A stretch of DNA of 64,000 nucleotides from contig MU053653.1 of NCBI GenBank assembly GCA_013239625.1, forward strand, positions 1 to 64,000, written 5' to 3'. The translations under genes were made by a program, and so were the position numbers. Of this stretch, positions 13,351 to 27,300 are shown piece after piece. The DNA is from Lama guanicoe. Taxonomy: Eukaryota. Position 1 is the first letter of the stretch. Every line of letters begins with the position of its first letter. The notes below the pieces were generated by a model. The model was not told the origin of the DNA. It did not search any database and was given only the letters and a program-made list of their open reading frames with translations.

Positions 13351-14224
13351 CCTTGGCACTCTTACTGCATTTAAATCAGACTTCACACAGCATTCCTTCC
13401 ACTGCTGTTGACCTCACAGGGGGTGAACCATCCTTCGCGTTGAAGTCGTCCCCCTTCCCTCGTGCATCATAGGGGCTTCGGTGAGGAAGCCGGCCCAGGT
13501 GCCTACCGGTAGGGGGATGGGTTAGCTACTTCAGACTAAGGTGGTCATGATTGCCAACAGCTGTCAAACTCTCGGTGTACAAGGCACTGGGTCGGGAACA
13601 GTTGAGGGTGCTAAAAATTTACAAACTAACAGGTTCCCGCTTGAGAGGTATGGAGGCCTCTACCTAAAGGGTAACTTCTAGTACGGTAGCTTGTGTTAAA
13701 TGCCGGAGGAGAGTGAGAGAAAAGAATTATCTGCGTTGTATGAAAAGCCTTCCTAGAGGATAGAGGGTTTCCACTAGACCTTAATACCTGGGTGGGTCTT
13801 GCGGAAGTAAACAGGGTAAATGAGGCATTCCAGGGAGAAAGAACAGCATAAGCAAGAGAAACTAGGTGGGAGATGCTGTGGTCTATTCAGAATTTAACTT
13901 ATAGATCATTTGGCCAGAGTATTAACTTAACTTACAGTGAGCTTTTTGGAGAGGTATATCGTAGTTGAGCCTTACAGGGTCATGAATGCCGGACTAAGGA
14001 GTTTGGACTTCACCATTTAAGCAGTAGAGTGCTGGCCAAATTGTGTGAGCAAGGAATGATGTGATCTGGTAACAGTGCGGCAGGTATATTGTGGAGGGAG
14101 CATCTGGAGATGGCAGGGTGCATTCAGCTGCTACGAATAAAAGCCTGCATACAGTCTTCATTTTCTCTTTTCTGTATACTTTTTTTTTTGGAAATAGAAG
14201 TATTCTATGCAAAAGCTCACCCCT

Positions 14225-15205
14225 GATTAATATCCAAAATGTGCAAACAGCTCACACATTTCAATATTAAAAAACAAACCACCCTATCAAAAAATGGAAG
14301 AAGACCCGAACAGACATTTCTCCAAAGAAGATATACAGATGGCTGACAGACATATGAAAAGATGTCCAACATTGCTAATTATTAGAGAAATGCAAATCAA
14401 AACCACAATGAGGTATCACCTCCCACCAGTCAGAATGGCTATCATCAAAAAATCTACAAATAATAAATGCTGGAGAAGATATGGAGAAAAGGGAACCTCG
14501 TACACTGTTGATGGGAATGTAAATTGGTGCAGCCTCTATGGAAAACAGCAGGTAGTTTCCTTAAAAAACTACAAATGGTCTAAAACTACTATATGGTCCA
14601 GCAATTCATATATACCTGGAAAAAAATGAAAACTCTAGTTGGAAAAGATACATGTAGCCTGATGTTCATAGCAGTACTATTTACAATAGCTGAGACATGG
14701 AAGTAACTCGAAGTGCCCATAAACAGATGATTGGCTTAAGAAGATGTGGTACACATATACAATGGAATATTGCTCAGTCATAAAAAAGAATGAGATCTTG
14801 CCATTTGCAGCAACATGGATGGACCCAGGGAATATTACACTTAGTGAAATTAGTCAAAGAAATACAAATACTATATAATATCACATGTGGAATAAAAAAA
14901 TACAAATGAATCTATATATGAAACAGAAACAGACTCACAGACAAAACAAATTTATGGCTACCAAGTGGGATGGGGTGGAAGGGGGGAGGGACAAATTAGG
15001 ACTATGGGATTAACATATATGAACTACTATACATAAAATAGAAAAGCAACAAGGATTTATGGTACAACACAGGAAATTACGCCCAATAATCACCTATAAT
15101 GGAATATAATTTGCAAAGAACAAAAACAAAAAGCAGAAGCTGAACCACTATGCTGTACACTTGAAACTAACACAATATTATAATTCAACTATAGTTCAAT
15201 TTTAA
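14225..15205 (+). mobile_element. 5'-truncated LINE-1 with perfect 14-bp target-site duplication
   Basis: ORF2 C-terminal remnant ([18 protein letters not shown]...[13 protein letters not shown]) plus 3' UTR; AAAAGCTCACCCCT at 14211-14224 and 15206-15219. Confidence 0.92.
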
Positions 15206-15441
15206 AAAAGCTCACCCCTACTCAAAAATCTGTTTACTTTGTAGACCTCAGGAAAAAGTACTGATTCATTAATACATCTCCATGCTACCATCCAGTAGTT
15301 TCTACTACTAATCCATAATGGAATTCAGAGTACTAATCAAGCCAGTATTCCCATGTAACGTGCTAATATTTCTACAACATTTTTTTAGTGGTGTTGCCTG
15401 TTCCCCTCATCTGCAGTGCCCACTCCTTTCTCCATCAGTTC

Positions 15442-15846
15442 ATGTTTTTTCCTCATCATTCATGGGTCAGCTTTAGAACCACCTGTGCCTCACAACCTTC
15501 AGATTTCTCCCTGCACTCAATACTGGAGCATGTAGCTGCAATCTCCTTTTCCATTAGGATATCTCTAATGTGATTTGAATAATGACAATCTTGTTGCATA
15601 GGGGTTCCTCTTGTGTCATAAGATGAACTGAATGTGGTTCAGTACAGAGGAGTCAATGTTTTTTCCTCATCATTCATGGGTCAGCTTTAGAACCACCTGT
15701 GCCTCACAACCTTCAGATTTCTCCCTGCACTCAATATTGGAGCATGTAGCTGCAATCTCCTTTTCCATTAGGATGACAATCTTGTTGCATAGGGGTTCCT
15801 CTTGTGTCATAAGATGAACTGAATGTGGTTCAGTACAGAGGAGTCA
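15442..15846 (+). repeat. Direct tandem duplication, 214 bp + 191 bp
   Basis: 15442-15655 repeated at 15656-15846 with a 23-bp deletion and one substitution. Confidence 0.95.
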
Positions 15847-16429
15847 TGTCTGAATATCACCAGGCAGGCTGGAGAGAATTATGCCTTTGGTACAGTTGAA
15901 TAAATCTTGGGTAAAGCAGGGTCAGTGACAAATACAATGACATACATTTAGACCTCACATATTAGGTATTGGTACCTCCCAGATCTTTCCAACAGAGCAG
16001 ATAGAATTACGTTTACATTTTAGATTGTTTAAATCCTTTGTGTGGAATTCTTTAATGGCTTCCCTTTGACTGTGACAAATCCTTAAAATGGCCTTCGATT
16101 TGGCCTCTTTGATTTGGTCTCTGCTGACCTCTGTAGCTTCATTTTGCCCCACTCCTCCTCACTGTGCTCCAGATACTCTGGCCTTTTTCAGTTCTGTAAC
16201 TCGGTGAAGCTCTTTCCAACCTTAGGGCCTTTGCCTGGAGTTCTCTTCCCTGCATTATTAAAAAAAATCCAGTAGGCTATTTTAGCCCCACAATAAGGCA
16301 TAAAGGATAAAATTATGAATGCCCATGTTCACTTCAACTGGCTTAAGAAATAATTTAATTTTATTTAAGTAATTCAGTTTTATAATGTCTGGCCAGTTAC
16401 TCACATTTTAGCAAATTCTTTGTTCCTCC

Positions 16430-17400
16430 TGTGCTTCATACCTTCCTTCTAGGATCCTTTCCTTCAAGGACACCCTGAAGAAATGTCTTTAGTGAGAGTA
16501 TCTTAATGGTGAATGCTCTCAGCTTTTATTTGAATGCAAATATTTTCATCTCATTTTCATACTTAAATGATTATTTAGTAACATACCATTCTAAATTGAC
16601 AGTTTTTTTTCTCAGTGTTTGAAGATAACATCATATCGATTTCTGACTTTTACTGTTGCTATTGAGAAGTTTGCTATAAATCTGTCATTCTTTACAGGTA
16701 AGTTGTTTTTCTTTGGCATTCTATATATTCGTTGTAATGTCAAAGTGTAGCTATTTATTTTCCCTGCTTCAGACTGATTGTAGTTCCTCAGTCTGAGAAA
16801 TTCATTCCTATCATACTGGTCTGGCAAATTCTCAGCCATTTGTCTTCTTTTAATATTACCTCTTCCTTATTATTTTCTTTTGGAACTCCCGTTAGACAGT
16901 AAATAGGACTTTTTTTATCCTTTATTTCTGTTAACCTCTCTTTCATATTTTCCATTCTTTATGTCTCTGTGCTGCGTTATGGGTGATTTTCTTCAGATGT
17001 ATATCCCAATTAATCAGTTCTCTTTCCAGCTGGATCATTAGATCTGCTGTTTAATATGACCATTGAGTTTTAAATTTTCAATGACTGCTTAATCTAATTT
17101 TATATATTTTTTTAATTTCCAAATTTGCCTGACCTTTTGGATAATGCTGTATACCTTTCTCATGTCTTTGATTCCATTTTTTAAATTACTTTAATATGAT
17201 ACACTTACTTTATTATGCACCTGCAAATTCCTTTTTCTGCATTCTTGAGGGGTCTAATACTGCGATTTATTATTTTTATTGATTTTCATTCATGGTGATT
17301 TGTTTCCTCACGTGTTTTGTAATTTTGCATTTTAAACTCACATGGAAATGCTTATTTGTGGGAATCCTGTGAAGCCTGTAATAAGCATGCATTTCTCCAG
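16430..17400 (-). mobile_element. Ancient LINE-1 fragment, antisense
   Basis: T-rich L1-like sequence (actgttgctattgagaag, ggcaaattctcagccatt, ctctgtgctgc...gggtgattttcttcagat). Confidence 0.55.
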
Positions 17401-17678
17401 ATTATGTTTTTACTTCTCACAGGTGCCCCAAGAAACTATGAAACTTGGACTGCTTTAATTTAATTCCTTGGCTTGTGTTTTCCTAGATTACTCCAATAGC
17501 ATATTCTGAATCTCAGGCCCACCGAGGGCAGGTGTGTATTCTAGATTACCTAGAGAGATACTTTCCCCACCCAAAGGTATACAAGATAGACAAATTTCTT
17601 TCCCTTTTAGCCAAATTGTTTACTCCCACCAGCAGTGTATGAACCTTCTATGCAAATGCTTGGATTAGCATTTGTTTT

Positions 17679-17834
17679 NNNNNNNNNNNNNNNNNNNNNN
17701 NNNNNNNNNNNNNNNNNNNNNNNNNNNNNNNNNNNNNNNNNNNNNNNNNNNNNNNNNNNNNNNNNNNNNNNNNNNNNNNNNNNNNNNNNNNNNNNNNNNN
17801 NNNNNNNNNNNNNNNNNNNNNNNNNNNNNNNNNN
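17679..17834. other. Assembly gap (156 N)
   Basis: Run of n. Confidence 1.
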
Positions 17835-20222
17835 TCGTGACCCACTGGACACATCCCTGGGCCTTTCCCCTTCTTTTCCTGGTACCTGCAAAACTCTCCC
17901 TCATCTTTGCCTTCGAAATCTCAGCTCTTAAAATGTGAGCTGGGCCCACTCAGGGTTTTCCCTGGAGACCCAGGACATTCTGCACCTCTGTCAATCCTGC
18001 CCTTGCTGGACAGCTTATTTAAAAGTCTGTCTTTCCTGTTGTATCACTTGCTTCTCTGAGGCCAGCACCACATTGCTCAGTCTCAGTGCTTCTCCCATCA
18101 TTTAGTTCCTGCTGTGTCCTAGCAGTGCTTAATTTGTCGAAAAATGAAACCAAGAGGAAGAAATCCCATGTTATACAAATGTTAACACATAATGTAGGGA
18201 AAAACCCCACCAACTGATAAATCTAGTACCTATGCACTTACAAAATGCTTCTCTCCACAATATCTCAATTTATCTTCACAACGACTCTGTAGAAGGGAGC
18301 TTCTATCCTTCAAAATGAATCAGGCTTTTGCCTTAAATCTACATTAAACTTTATCTTAGAACCTCTGGACCAAGAAGATAAAATCCCCTGAGTTAGGTTC
18401 TGGTATGTCGAAGGGGAGGGCTGAGAACCAGGACTGGGACAGAGGAGAAGGAGCTCGCCTGGAGTTCTGGTCTGAAGCGGAAAGAACAGCATCGGTGAAG
18501 TAAAAGTGCAAGATGGGGCCAGGTGCTGGCGGGGGAGGCCCGCGCTGGCTGAGCTGAGGCCAGGTGCCCCCGAGGGGAGTAGATGGTGGCTTTTGTCCTC
18601 TCTTTTCAGGGTTAAATGTCAATTTTCAAAGGAAAGGTAAACTCACGGCTCTCACCCAGATATAACAATGAGTAAGTGTTAATGATTTTATTTAGCTTGT
18701 ATCCAGATGCGGGAACTAGGCAGTTGTTAGAACTGGTTCAAAGGCGCAAAGACGCACATGTTTATCTGGAGGTGAGGAATGCCCGATGCTTGTGCGAACA
18801 GGGCAAACTGGCTTTTCCAGAGAAGGAGGACTGTCCCTCATGGGGCAGGGCTCGTTTGCGCATCTACAGAAAGGAATATTCTGAATTGCTATCAGTTCTC
18901 TGTAACCTTAGCTCTGTAAAGCCTGCCTGAGGGTGTGGTCTGGACAGCAGGAGGTTTCCATCCAAGCACAGTCTGTCCTGACCCGACTTGACAGATTCTA
19001 CAGTCGAGCCACTTAGTGGAGGGGATGGACAGTGCTGGACGGTCACTTGATCCCGCAAACCCATCTCCCTTCTGTCATGCAAGGCTGACACTGCTAACGG
19101 GTGGGGCTGCTGTGAGCACTCGTGAGATAAGGCTTTGAGGAGTCATCTCAGTCCCGGGTGTTTAATGACCACCAGCAGTTGTTTCAGTCCTGTTAAGAAA
19201 CATTCAACTGCACTCTTGGGGTGATGGCTGCAGAGTGAGCACGGAGACCTCACGGTCTTTGTGAACAGTCAGAAGCAACTAGCACATTTGCACTCGTTCT
19301 ATTTTAAGTCTCCTGGGAAGACACTTTCCCCCATCCCGATAATAACGCTGTCAGTGAGGGAAGTTGGTGGCCTGATTTGGCTCATCAACAGGTAACCTCC
19401 TTTACAAAATTCCTCCACGGAAGCCTGTTCATCCAGATCCAGGTACACATGCACACACTCACAAGAGCCAGGTGCTTCACTCGTGGCCTCCCAGCTGTCA
19501 CACCTCCTCGTCCAGGTCACTGCTCTCCTGGCCTCCTAACTGCCCCACTGTGTCTGTTCTCGGTGGGCTGCTCTCCTGCTGCCCCCCTGCCCCCAGAGCC
19601 AAGGTGATCTTAACACATGACCTGGAGCAAGTCTCTGCCTTTACTAATAACCTTCGACAGCTTGGCCTGTGTTTGCAATGAAATCCAGCCTCCTTCATGA
19701 GGCCTGTGAGGCCCTACAAGGGAAGAGTCTTGCCTGCTCCTCCAGCTGCCTGCTGACCAGTCTTCCTGCTGCAGTCCACCCTCCCGCCAACCTCACTGTC
19801 CCTCCTCCTGGAATTCTCTGGGCTCGACAGCGGCAGCTCCTTCTCACTCACCTCAGAAAGGACTTTCCTGACCACCCATTTAAAGTAGGCTCACCCACTG
19901 CCCCGTCCTGAACTAAGCCTCCTTATGTTTATTAAAACCCTTACAGTATTTCTCCTGCCCCCCCACCAGAGTCCCAGGACCATGAGTCTGTCTTGTCCCT
20001 GCTGTGCCCTCAGCCTGCACAGCAGACACAGGCTGAACAGAAATCTCTCATGGCCGACAGATCTTTCATACCCTATTGACCGGCAAGGCAGTCACTTAGT
20101 ATTATGGGCAGGAGTATAAACTGACACTGCTTATCTGAAAACAAATCTGGCAGTGTTTATTAAGAGCCTTCAAAATGTTCTTAATCCCTTAATTCCGTTC
20201 TGAGGAATCTTATAAAAAAAAA
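17835..20222 (+). repeat. Partial copy of the 5.8-kb duplicated unit (= about 25918-28305 = about 31762-34149)
   Basis: Identical sequence and identical ORF sets at offsets 8083 and 13927. Confidence 0.95.
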
Positions 20223-22057
20223 AGGGGTGGGCAGCCCTCTGCCCTCCACCTTTGCAAACTCTGATGGGCAGGAGGCTGTCCATCCCTCCTCTGAAGTCAT
20301 AAAGGAATGAAGGCATTTCATGCAAAGCTTAGAAGCACGGTCACTTCTCAGGTGGGATATTGTTTGGTTGTGGGATTTATGGCTCTGTCCTTTTGCCCAT
20401 ACTCCATCAGATGTGCCCGTAAATGTGGTTCTCAAACCCTGGTCGTGATTCTAACAGGATGGCATCGATTTTTCTGATGGCTTCATGGAAGATGAAGAAA
20501 GTAGGAAGGCGTGTTCAAGCTCACGGTAGCAAAGGGGAGTTGGAGAATTAGAGGGGTGGCAGCCCAGGTCCAGCATGATCACGTTTACTGGCCTTTTCTC
20601 AGCAGGGAAATTAATTCTCAGCCTTCCTTTCCGTCCAGGAGGGTCTCCTCTTACCCCTTCCCACCTCTTCACCTCTTAGCTTAAAGGCAAATAAAACTCA
20701 CATCTGAATTGACAGGACTGTCCTGGAAACCAACTCGCTCATCCCTATATGCACTGGTCCCTCTCATTTTAGTGAAAACAGTGTAGTGAATGTCATATTC
20801 ACCATTGTTTTTGTGCGTAAAGCTGCTTCCTTTTACGCACAGACCTTCCCACCGGGGCTGAGCCCGTGTGGTAGAGTCCCAGCAGCAACAGGCACTCTCT
20901 TTCAGATCTCTTTGTTGTGCATCCATTTCGCATTCAATTACTCTCTTCTTTATTTGTCTGTTTCCCACGATGAGTCTTGCTTTTTGAGTCTACTGCGTTT
21001 TCCTAAAATGGCCACCGCGTGATCCCCTGCCATGTAGTGTTGACACCTTTCCTGTCAGTGATGGCTGAGGAAGACGGTGGGAGAAAATGAAGGTGGGGTG
21101 GTGGGCAAAGGCAGGTCATGCTGAGCACGGTGGGCTGTGCTGACTTTGGAGTTTACGGGGCAGGGGAGTGACAGGATCCAGCGTCCTTCTCGCTCCTTCA
21201 TGTTGTGGGGAGCACGTGGTGGCACTGGGCAGAAGAGCTTCAGGAGCTGTCAGTGCGACTGTTGTCATCTCCAGAGTCAGGAGACACACCCCTCACAGCC
21301 TGGGGCTCCCCACCCCATGTTGCTCTCCGAGGAGGTGAAGGAGATGGGCCTGTGCTCCACAGAGGTGGGCAGTGGGAGGGCATAGGCTCTGTGGACACTT
21401 ACTGCCTGTGTGACCTTTCTGAGACTCTCCCTCCCCTGCTGGGTGGGCAGGATGATAGTCCTGAGGTAACACTGGTATGCGCTACAGAGGGCCCAGTGTG
21501 CAGGCGAGCAAAGAGGAAGGCTCCCAACCTGCTTAGACTCTGACTGAGCCTCTCCACCTGTAAAGAACTTTGAATGAAATAGTCACTGGGATCATGAAAA
21601 ATACTCTGCATCACAGCACCTCTATTCTGGCCTAAAAGATTTAACCTGAATGAAGCCTTTAAAGGAAACTTATTGTCTACAGAAATTACGTGGGCTAGAG
21701 GTACAAGCCAATGACACCAAAAGGAAGCAATCAGCCAGATTCAGAGTGTGGAGCCCTCTACAGGACAGCCGACCCAGTTCAACAAATAAACAGCATAAAA
21801 AAAGAAAAAAGGGGCAGGAGAGGAGGAAGGGACTGTCTCAGAATAAAAGTCACTTTAAAAGCTGTAACAGCCAAACATAATAATGGACCCCCTCTATGTC
21901 TCCATTTTAACAAACTTGTAGTAAAAAGGTGTTTTTAGAGAATTACGGAAATTTGGATTTGTACATATTAGATGCTATCAGGGAATTATTGTTGATGTTG
22001 TCAGTCGTTATGTAGTAAAACCTGCCTTTTTAATACTGCAAACTGAAGTATTTAGGG

Positions 22058-22174
22058 TAGAGTTGCAAGATAAAATACACTGTTGCACAGGACATGCTTT
22101 TACTAAAAACTGTTTATTTTTATCAATTTTAACTGAATGACCTGTATTTCCATTGGCTAAGTCTGACAACCCTA
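22058..22174 (+). mobile_element. MER53-like hAT MITE, internally deleted
   Basis: TIR-like tagagttgcaagataaaataca...ctaagtctgacaacccta. Confidence 0.6.
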
Positions 22175-23179
22175 ATTTAGGGGTGATGTGGGATGATGTC
22201 ACGTTCCAGCAAGGAAAAAAAAAAAGTACGTCATTCTTCCTTACACCACCACCTTGAAACCCACATATGCTTAAATAAGGAGCTAGATGTAAAAAGGAAA
22301 ATCATATACAAACAGTTAAATCTCTGCGTTACATTACAAAACACCAAGATTGTTGAAAGTAGTTGAAGGTACAAGAAGGTTCAAACAAAACAAAACAAAT
22401 AAAAAATACTCTGTACCAGGAGGCAAATAAACCCAATTCTGTCACTGATTACCTGTGTGACTTTAGACAAATGAGTCTTTGAGATTCCATCTCCTCATCT
22501 GTAAAGTGCCCAGATCATTTCTCAGGTTTGTTATGAAGATCAAGTGTGGAGGGCTTTGTGAATGGTCCGCTGTCAACAGGTAGAGACATCACTGCTGTTT
22601 TCAGGTGATGTGTCCCACATCTCTGGAGATGCTCTTCAGTGAAGAGACTCTGGAGCATACACTTGAATTGTGCAATGAAAGCTGCAACAGCCTTATCACT
22701 GGACTTGGTTTCCTAATATCCTGGGGCCAGATCGCATTAGCAGACATGTAATAAGTGAGATGGAAAAGAATTCTCCAACAAGTCACAGTTTCATCAGCTC
22801 TGCTCTTTGGGTGAACCTGAAATTACCTTTCAGAGGTTGGCCCAGCTGAAGCAATGCTGGTCCTGGAGAGATGTCTGGCTACAGTGTTTTGTAATCGAGC
22901 CCTGACTTCTCTGAGCCCTGGTTTTCCTTCCTACAAGATGGAAGTGTACTGGTAAGCCTGCTTCCGCCATTGCCTTCCCACTGACACCATAAAAGTAAAA
23001 GGAATTTTAAAAATTGTGTAGGACCATTCAAATACTTTTGAGGTTTTATTTTTCATGTTAATACATAAAAATCACTATGGAAAATATTTTTGGAATGCAT
23101 GCTTTTCCAGTAGAAGAGACTGAAATAAATATCTTTGGATTTCACAGGGGTTGACTGATGCCTCGTTTATGTGAGACAG

Positions 23180-23430
23180 CATCACGCAGTGGCTGAGAGC
23201 TCACACTTTGGAGTCTGACAGATTGAGTAGCTCTGCCTCAGTTTTCCCATCTGTAAAATGGGGGTAATAATAAATAAAGAAATAATAAAATAATAAATAA
23301 AATAAATAAATAATAAATAATAAAACAGTATCTACCTCTCAAGGTTGTTGTGAGGTAGATTAAATGAATTAACAGATACAAAAGTGCTCACAACAGTGTC
23401 TGGCAAATAATAAGCACTAAATAAGGCTTA
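23180..23430 (+). mobile_element. MIR SINE with internal (AAT)-rich expansion (duplicated at about 29055-29270)
   Basis: ctctgcctcagttttcccatctgtaaaatgggg...tatctacctctcaaggttgttgtgagg MIR core. Confidence 0.75.
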
Positions 23431-23489
23431 CAGTCAGCGCCCAGCACAGTTTTTGGCACAGTGTAGGGCCTCTGGAACCATGTTGTCCT

Positions 23490-23935
23490 CAATGCTGAAT
23501 GAAGCTGTTATAAACACCTATGTGCATGTTTTTGTGTGAACATAAGTTTTCAACGTCTTTGGGTAAATACCAAGGAGCACGACTTCTGGATCGAATGGTG
23601 AGAGTGGGTTCCACACTGGCTGCACCATTTTGCACTCCCACCAGCAGCGAATGAGAGTTCCTGCTGCTCCACTTCCTTGTCAGCACTTAGTGTTGTCAGC
23701 ATTCTGGGTTTTAGCCATTTCATTAGATGTGTAGCAGTGTCATGTATTAATCCGCATTTCCCTGATGACGTGATGTGGAGTGTCTTTTCCGATGCTTATT
23801 CGCCATCAGTATAACTTCTTTGGTGAGGTGTCTGTTACTGTCTTTGACTCATTTTTCGATTGGGTTTTTCTTATTGAGTTTTAAAAGTAATTTTTATATT
23901 TTGAGTCGCAGTCCTCTATCAGCTGTGTCGCCGTT
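23490..23935 (-). mobile_element. LINE-1 fragment, antisense (duplicated at about 29334-29780)
   Basis: ggctgcaccattttgcactcccaccagcagcgaatgagagttcc; minus ORF resembles L1 ORF2 end (SLLVGVQNGAASVE). Confidence 0.75.
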
Positions 23936-23989
23936 TCTTTATGCCTCCCTCCTCGTCCCGCTGAGCTGACGTAAATCAGACATGCCCCC

Positions 23990-24350
23990 ATAGTAAGGAG
24001 TCAGACTCCATCTTTTTGGTGTTTGACTGCTGATAGATTTTAAGCATCACTTGTCCCTTTCTTTCTGCCCCATGTCTGGGCAACAATAAGAAAGCCTGGC
24101 TGTTCTCTCTTTCGGAGCCCTCAGCCCATCCCCCACTGTGATACAAAGTCTGAGCCAGTTTCCTTTCTCTGATCTCTCAAGCTGTTTTTGGACTTGCTTG
24201 GGAACCACCCTGCTCGCCTTAGGAAATCTCATGATGTGAGGAGTAAGCCTTCCCGTGCCCCGGTACGTGGAACGGGGACGGCTTCGGTCGTCTTGACGTC
24301 TGAGCCAGCTTTGGGGTGGGGTGTCTTCTCTTTCTGCAGAGTGACTGCAG
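23990..24350 (+). mobile_element. ERVL-type LTR (MER68/MER77-like); copies at about 29834-30194 and 35361-35721
   Basis: gactccatcttt...tgtttgactgctga...ctgccccatgtctgggcaa...aagaaagcc...ctgcagagtgactgcagca resembles the recalled consensus. Confidence 0.45.
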
Positions 24351-27300
24351 CACCCCTCTCTGATAATGTAATGTGTGAAATGGCTGACTACTGCTTGAGA
24401 AAGGGCCGAGTTTTTGTAGAAGTGGGATGGCTGCTTCCTTCTGAAGAATCTGGATAAGCAGCGGGACAAGACAGTACGAACGTGCCCTTGTGGACCCAAG
24501 TCTTTCACGGTTAGGTGGTAAATATCACTGCTGCTTGGAGACCTAGCCGTTCTGGAGACAGTCTGAACACGGGGCTTTAGTATCTGAAGGTCTGGGCAGC
24601 TTCGTGGCCTGGGCCCAGGGGAGCTGTTGGAAGAGTCGTGGTTGCAGAGGGCGGCTCCTTCACCCGAGAAAGCCCCGCAGCTCTGCCTGCATTTGACCCC
24701 AGCACCTGAGGAGGGTGAGGTTGTTAGTTCTGAACACAAATCTTTTGGGGGGAATTTATTAAGAGGCCGGGTTCTCGGAACCCCTGTAGAAAATGTTTAA
24801 TAGCTTTAGAAGCTTGTTGTCTCACACTGGGTGGGATTCAGCTCAGATGAACGCGGCACCTCTTTGCTCCCCAGGCCGCCCTTTTGAGCTGGAGAGAGCT
24901 GTCGTCACTGACACGTTACGGCTGAACTGGAGAAGTGTGGAGTGGGTACAGGAGTTTTCCGTGAACGCATCTGAGGAATCTGAAGCACAGAGAGTTGTCC
25001 TTACTGGCCTTCTCTGCTGATAATGGAGGACAATCCACTCAAGCTGAGAAAGTCAGGAAGCAGCCCTGGCAGGTGACAGCCAGATCAGGATATCCCCAGC
25101 TGAGTGTGAACACTTTTCTCAGATTCTAAAGGGGACTCAGACATCCTGTTCTGCGGCCAGCGGGGAACGGGTTCGAAACATGAATACTCTGCAGAGAGTA
25201 TTCAAAACAGCTCCACCAGACCCCAAGGCCCAGGACACTTTCCTCTGCGAACAGCTGGTCACAGTCCTTCCCCTGCCTCCTGAGTGGGGGCCCTCCACGT
25301 TCCTGTTTCTGAGCCTCTGTTGTTGACCATCTGTTCTCGCTCCTCCAGCCATTCCTTCATCACCCTTACTGAGCTGTTCTCTGAGCCGTTCCTGCCCTCC
25401 TGGGGCTGATGCTTCAGGGAACAGAGCAGGTAAAATGTGCAGTGCATCAGAGGCTGGGATTTGCCATGGAGAAAAGCGAAACATGGAAGGGAGGGGTGTC
25501 AGGGTAGAAGGTGCTGGTCCACAGACCTGAGACATCTGGGAGAAGGCACTTCCCGAGCAGCAGCCCTCACAAGGCCCCAGCTGGACTTGCAGGCCACGTG
25601 GACGGGTCGCCCTGTGAGGGCCTGCAGGGCACTGTGGACACCTCAGGCCTTTCTGACTAATATGCTTTAGTATCAGTCTCCTTGTTTGCGGGGCATCCTA
25701 TCATCTCACCTGGATGTGTGAGTTAGTCTTACTCCCACAGGGAATCTCGTTTCTGTCTCTTAGGGGGTCACAGATATTGTAGTACCCCCGGGATGACAGG
25801 GGCTGTAATGCACCCAGGCTCATAGGGGTCCTTAGGGCCAGTAGCTGTCTGCACCCTCCTGTCCCTTTGCCCAGGGAGCTCGCAGTCTGCCCCGGGGGCG
25901 CTGGCTTCCAGGACGCGTCGTGACCCACTGGACACATCCCTGGGCCTTTCCCCTTCTTTTCCTGGTACCTGCAAAACTCTCCCTCATCTTTGCCTTCGAA
26001 ATCTCAGCTCTTAAAATGTGAGCTGGGCCCACTCAGGGTTTTCCCTGGAGACCCAGGACATTCTGCACCTCTGTCAATCCTGCCCTTGCTGGACAGCTTA
26101 TTTAAAAGTCTGTCTTTCCTGTTGTATCACTTGCTTCTCTGAGGCCAGCACCACATTGCTCAGTCTCAGTGCTTCTCCCATCATTTAGTTCCTGCTGTGT
26201 CCTAGCAGTGCTTAATTTGTCGAAAAATGAAACCAAGAGGAAGAAATCCCATGTTATACAAATGTTAACACATAATGTAGGGAAAAACCCCACCAACTGA
26301 TAAATCTAGTACCTATGCACTTACAAAATGCTTCTCTCCACAATATCTCAATTTATCTTCACAACGACTCTGTAGAAGGGAGCTTCTATCCTTCAAAATG
26401 AATCAGGCTTTTGCCTTAAATCTACATTAAACTTTATCTTAGAACCTCTGGACCAAGAAGATAAAATCCCCTGAGTTAGGTTCTGGTATGTCGAAGGGGA
26501 GGGCTGAGAACCAGGACTGGGACAGAGGAGAAGGAGCTCGCCTGGAGTTCTGGTCTGAAGCGGAAAGAACAGCATCGGTGAAGTAAAAGTGCAAGATGGG
26601 GCCAGGTGCTGGCGGGGGAGGCCCGCGCTGGCTGAGCTGAGGCCAGGTGCCCCCGAGGGGAGTAGATGGTGGCTTTTGTCCTCTCTTTTCAGGGTTAAAT
26701 GTCAATTTTCAAAGGAAAGGTAAACTCACGGCTCTCACCCAGATATAACAATGAGTAAGTGTTAATGATTTTATTTAGCTTGTATCCAGATGCGGGAACT
26801 AGGCAGTTGTTAGAACTGGTTCAAAGGCGCAAAGACGCACATGTTTATCTGGAGGTGAGGAATGCCCGATGCTTGTGCGAACAGGGCAAACTGGCTTTTC
26901 CAGAGAAGGAGGACTGTCCCTCATGGGGCAGGGCTCGTTTGCGCATCTACAGAAAGGAATATTCTGAATTGCTATCAGTTCTCTGTAACCTTAGCTCTGT
27001 AAAGCCTGCCTGAGGGTGTGGTCTGGACAGCAGGAGGTTTCCATCCAAGCACAGTCTGTCCTGACCCGACTTGACAGATTCTACAGTCGAGCCACTTAGT
27101 GGAGGGGATGGACAGTGCTGGACGGTCACTTGATCCCGCAAACCCATCTCCCTTCTGTCATGCAAGGCTGACACTGCTAACGGGTGGGGCTGCTGTGAGC
27201 ACTCGTGAGATAAGGCTTTGAGGAGTCATCTCAGTCCCGGGTGTTTAATGACCACCAGCAGTTGTTTCAGTCCTGTTAAGAAACATTCAACTGCACTCTT

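Noticed and set aside
17607..17949. ORFs spanning X runs
   Set aside because: Artefacts of translating the N gap
22215..22346. Processed retrocopy of the ATP12A 3' end
   Set aside because: The adjacent poly-A is on the wrong strand for an ATP12A mRNA tail and no TSD is visible
24047..24739. 230-aa minus-strand ORF present three times
   Set aside because: No recognisable domain, overlaps an LTR-like remnant, and recurs only because the DNA is duplicated
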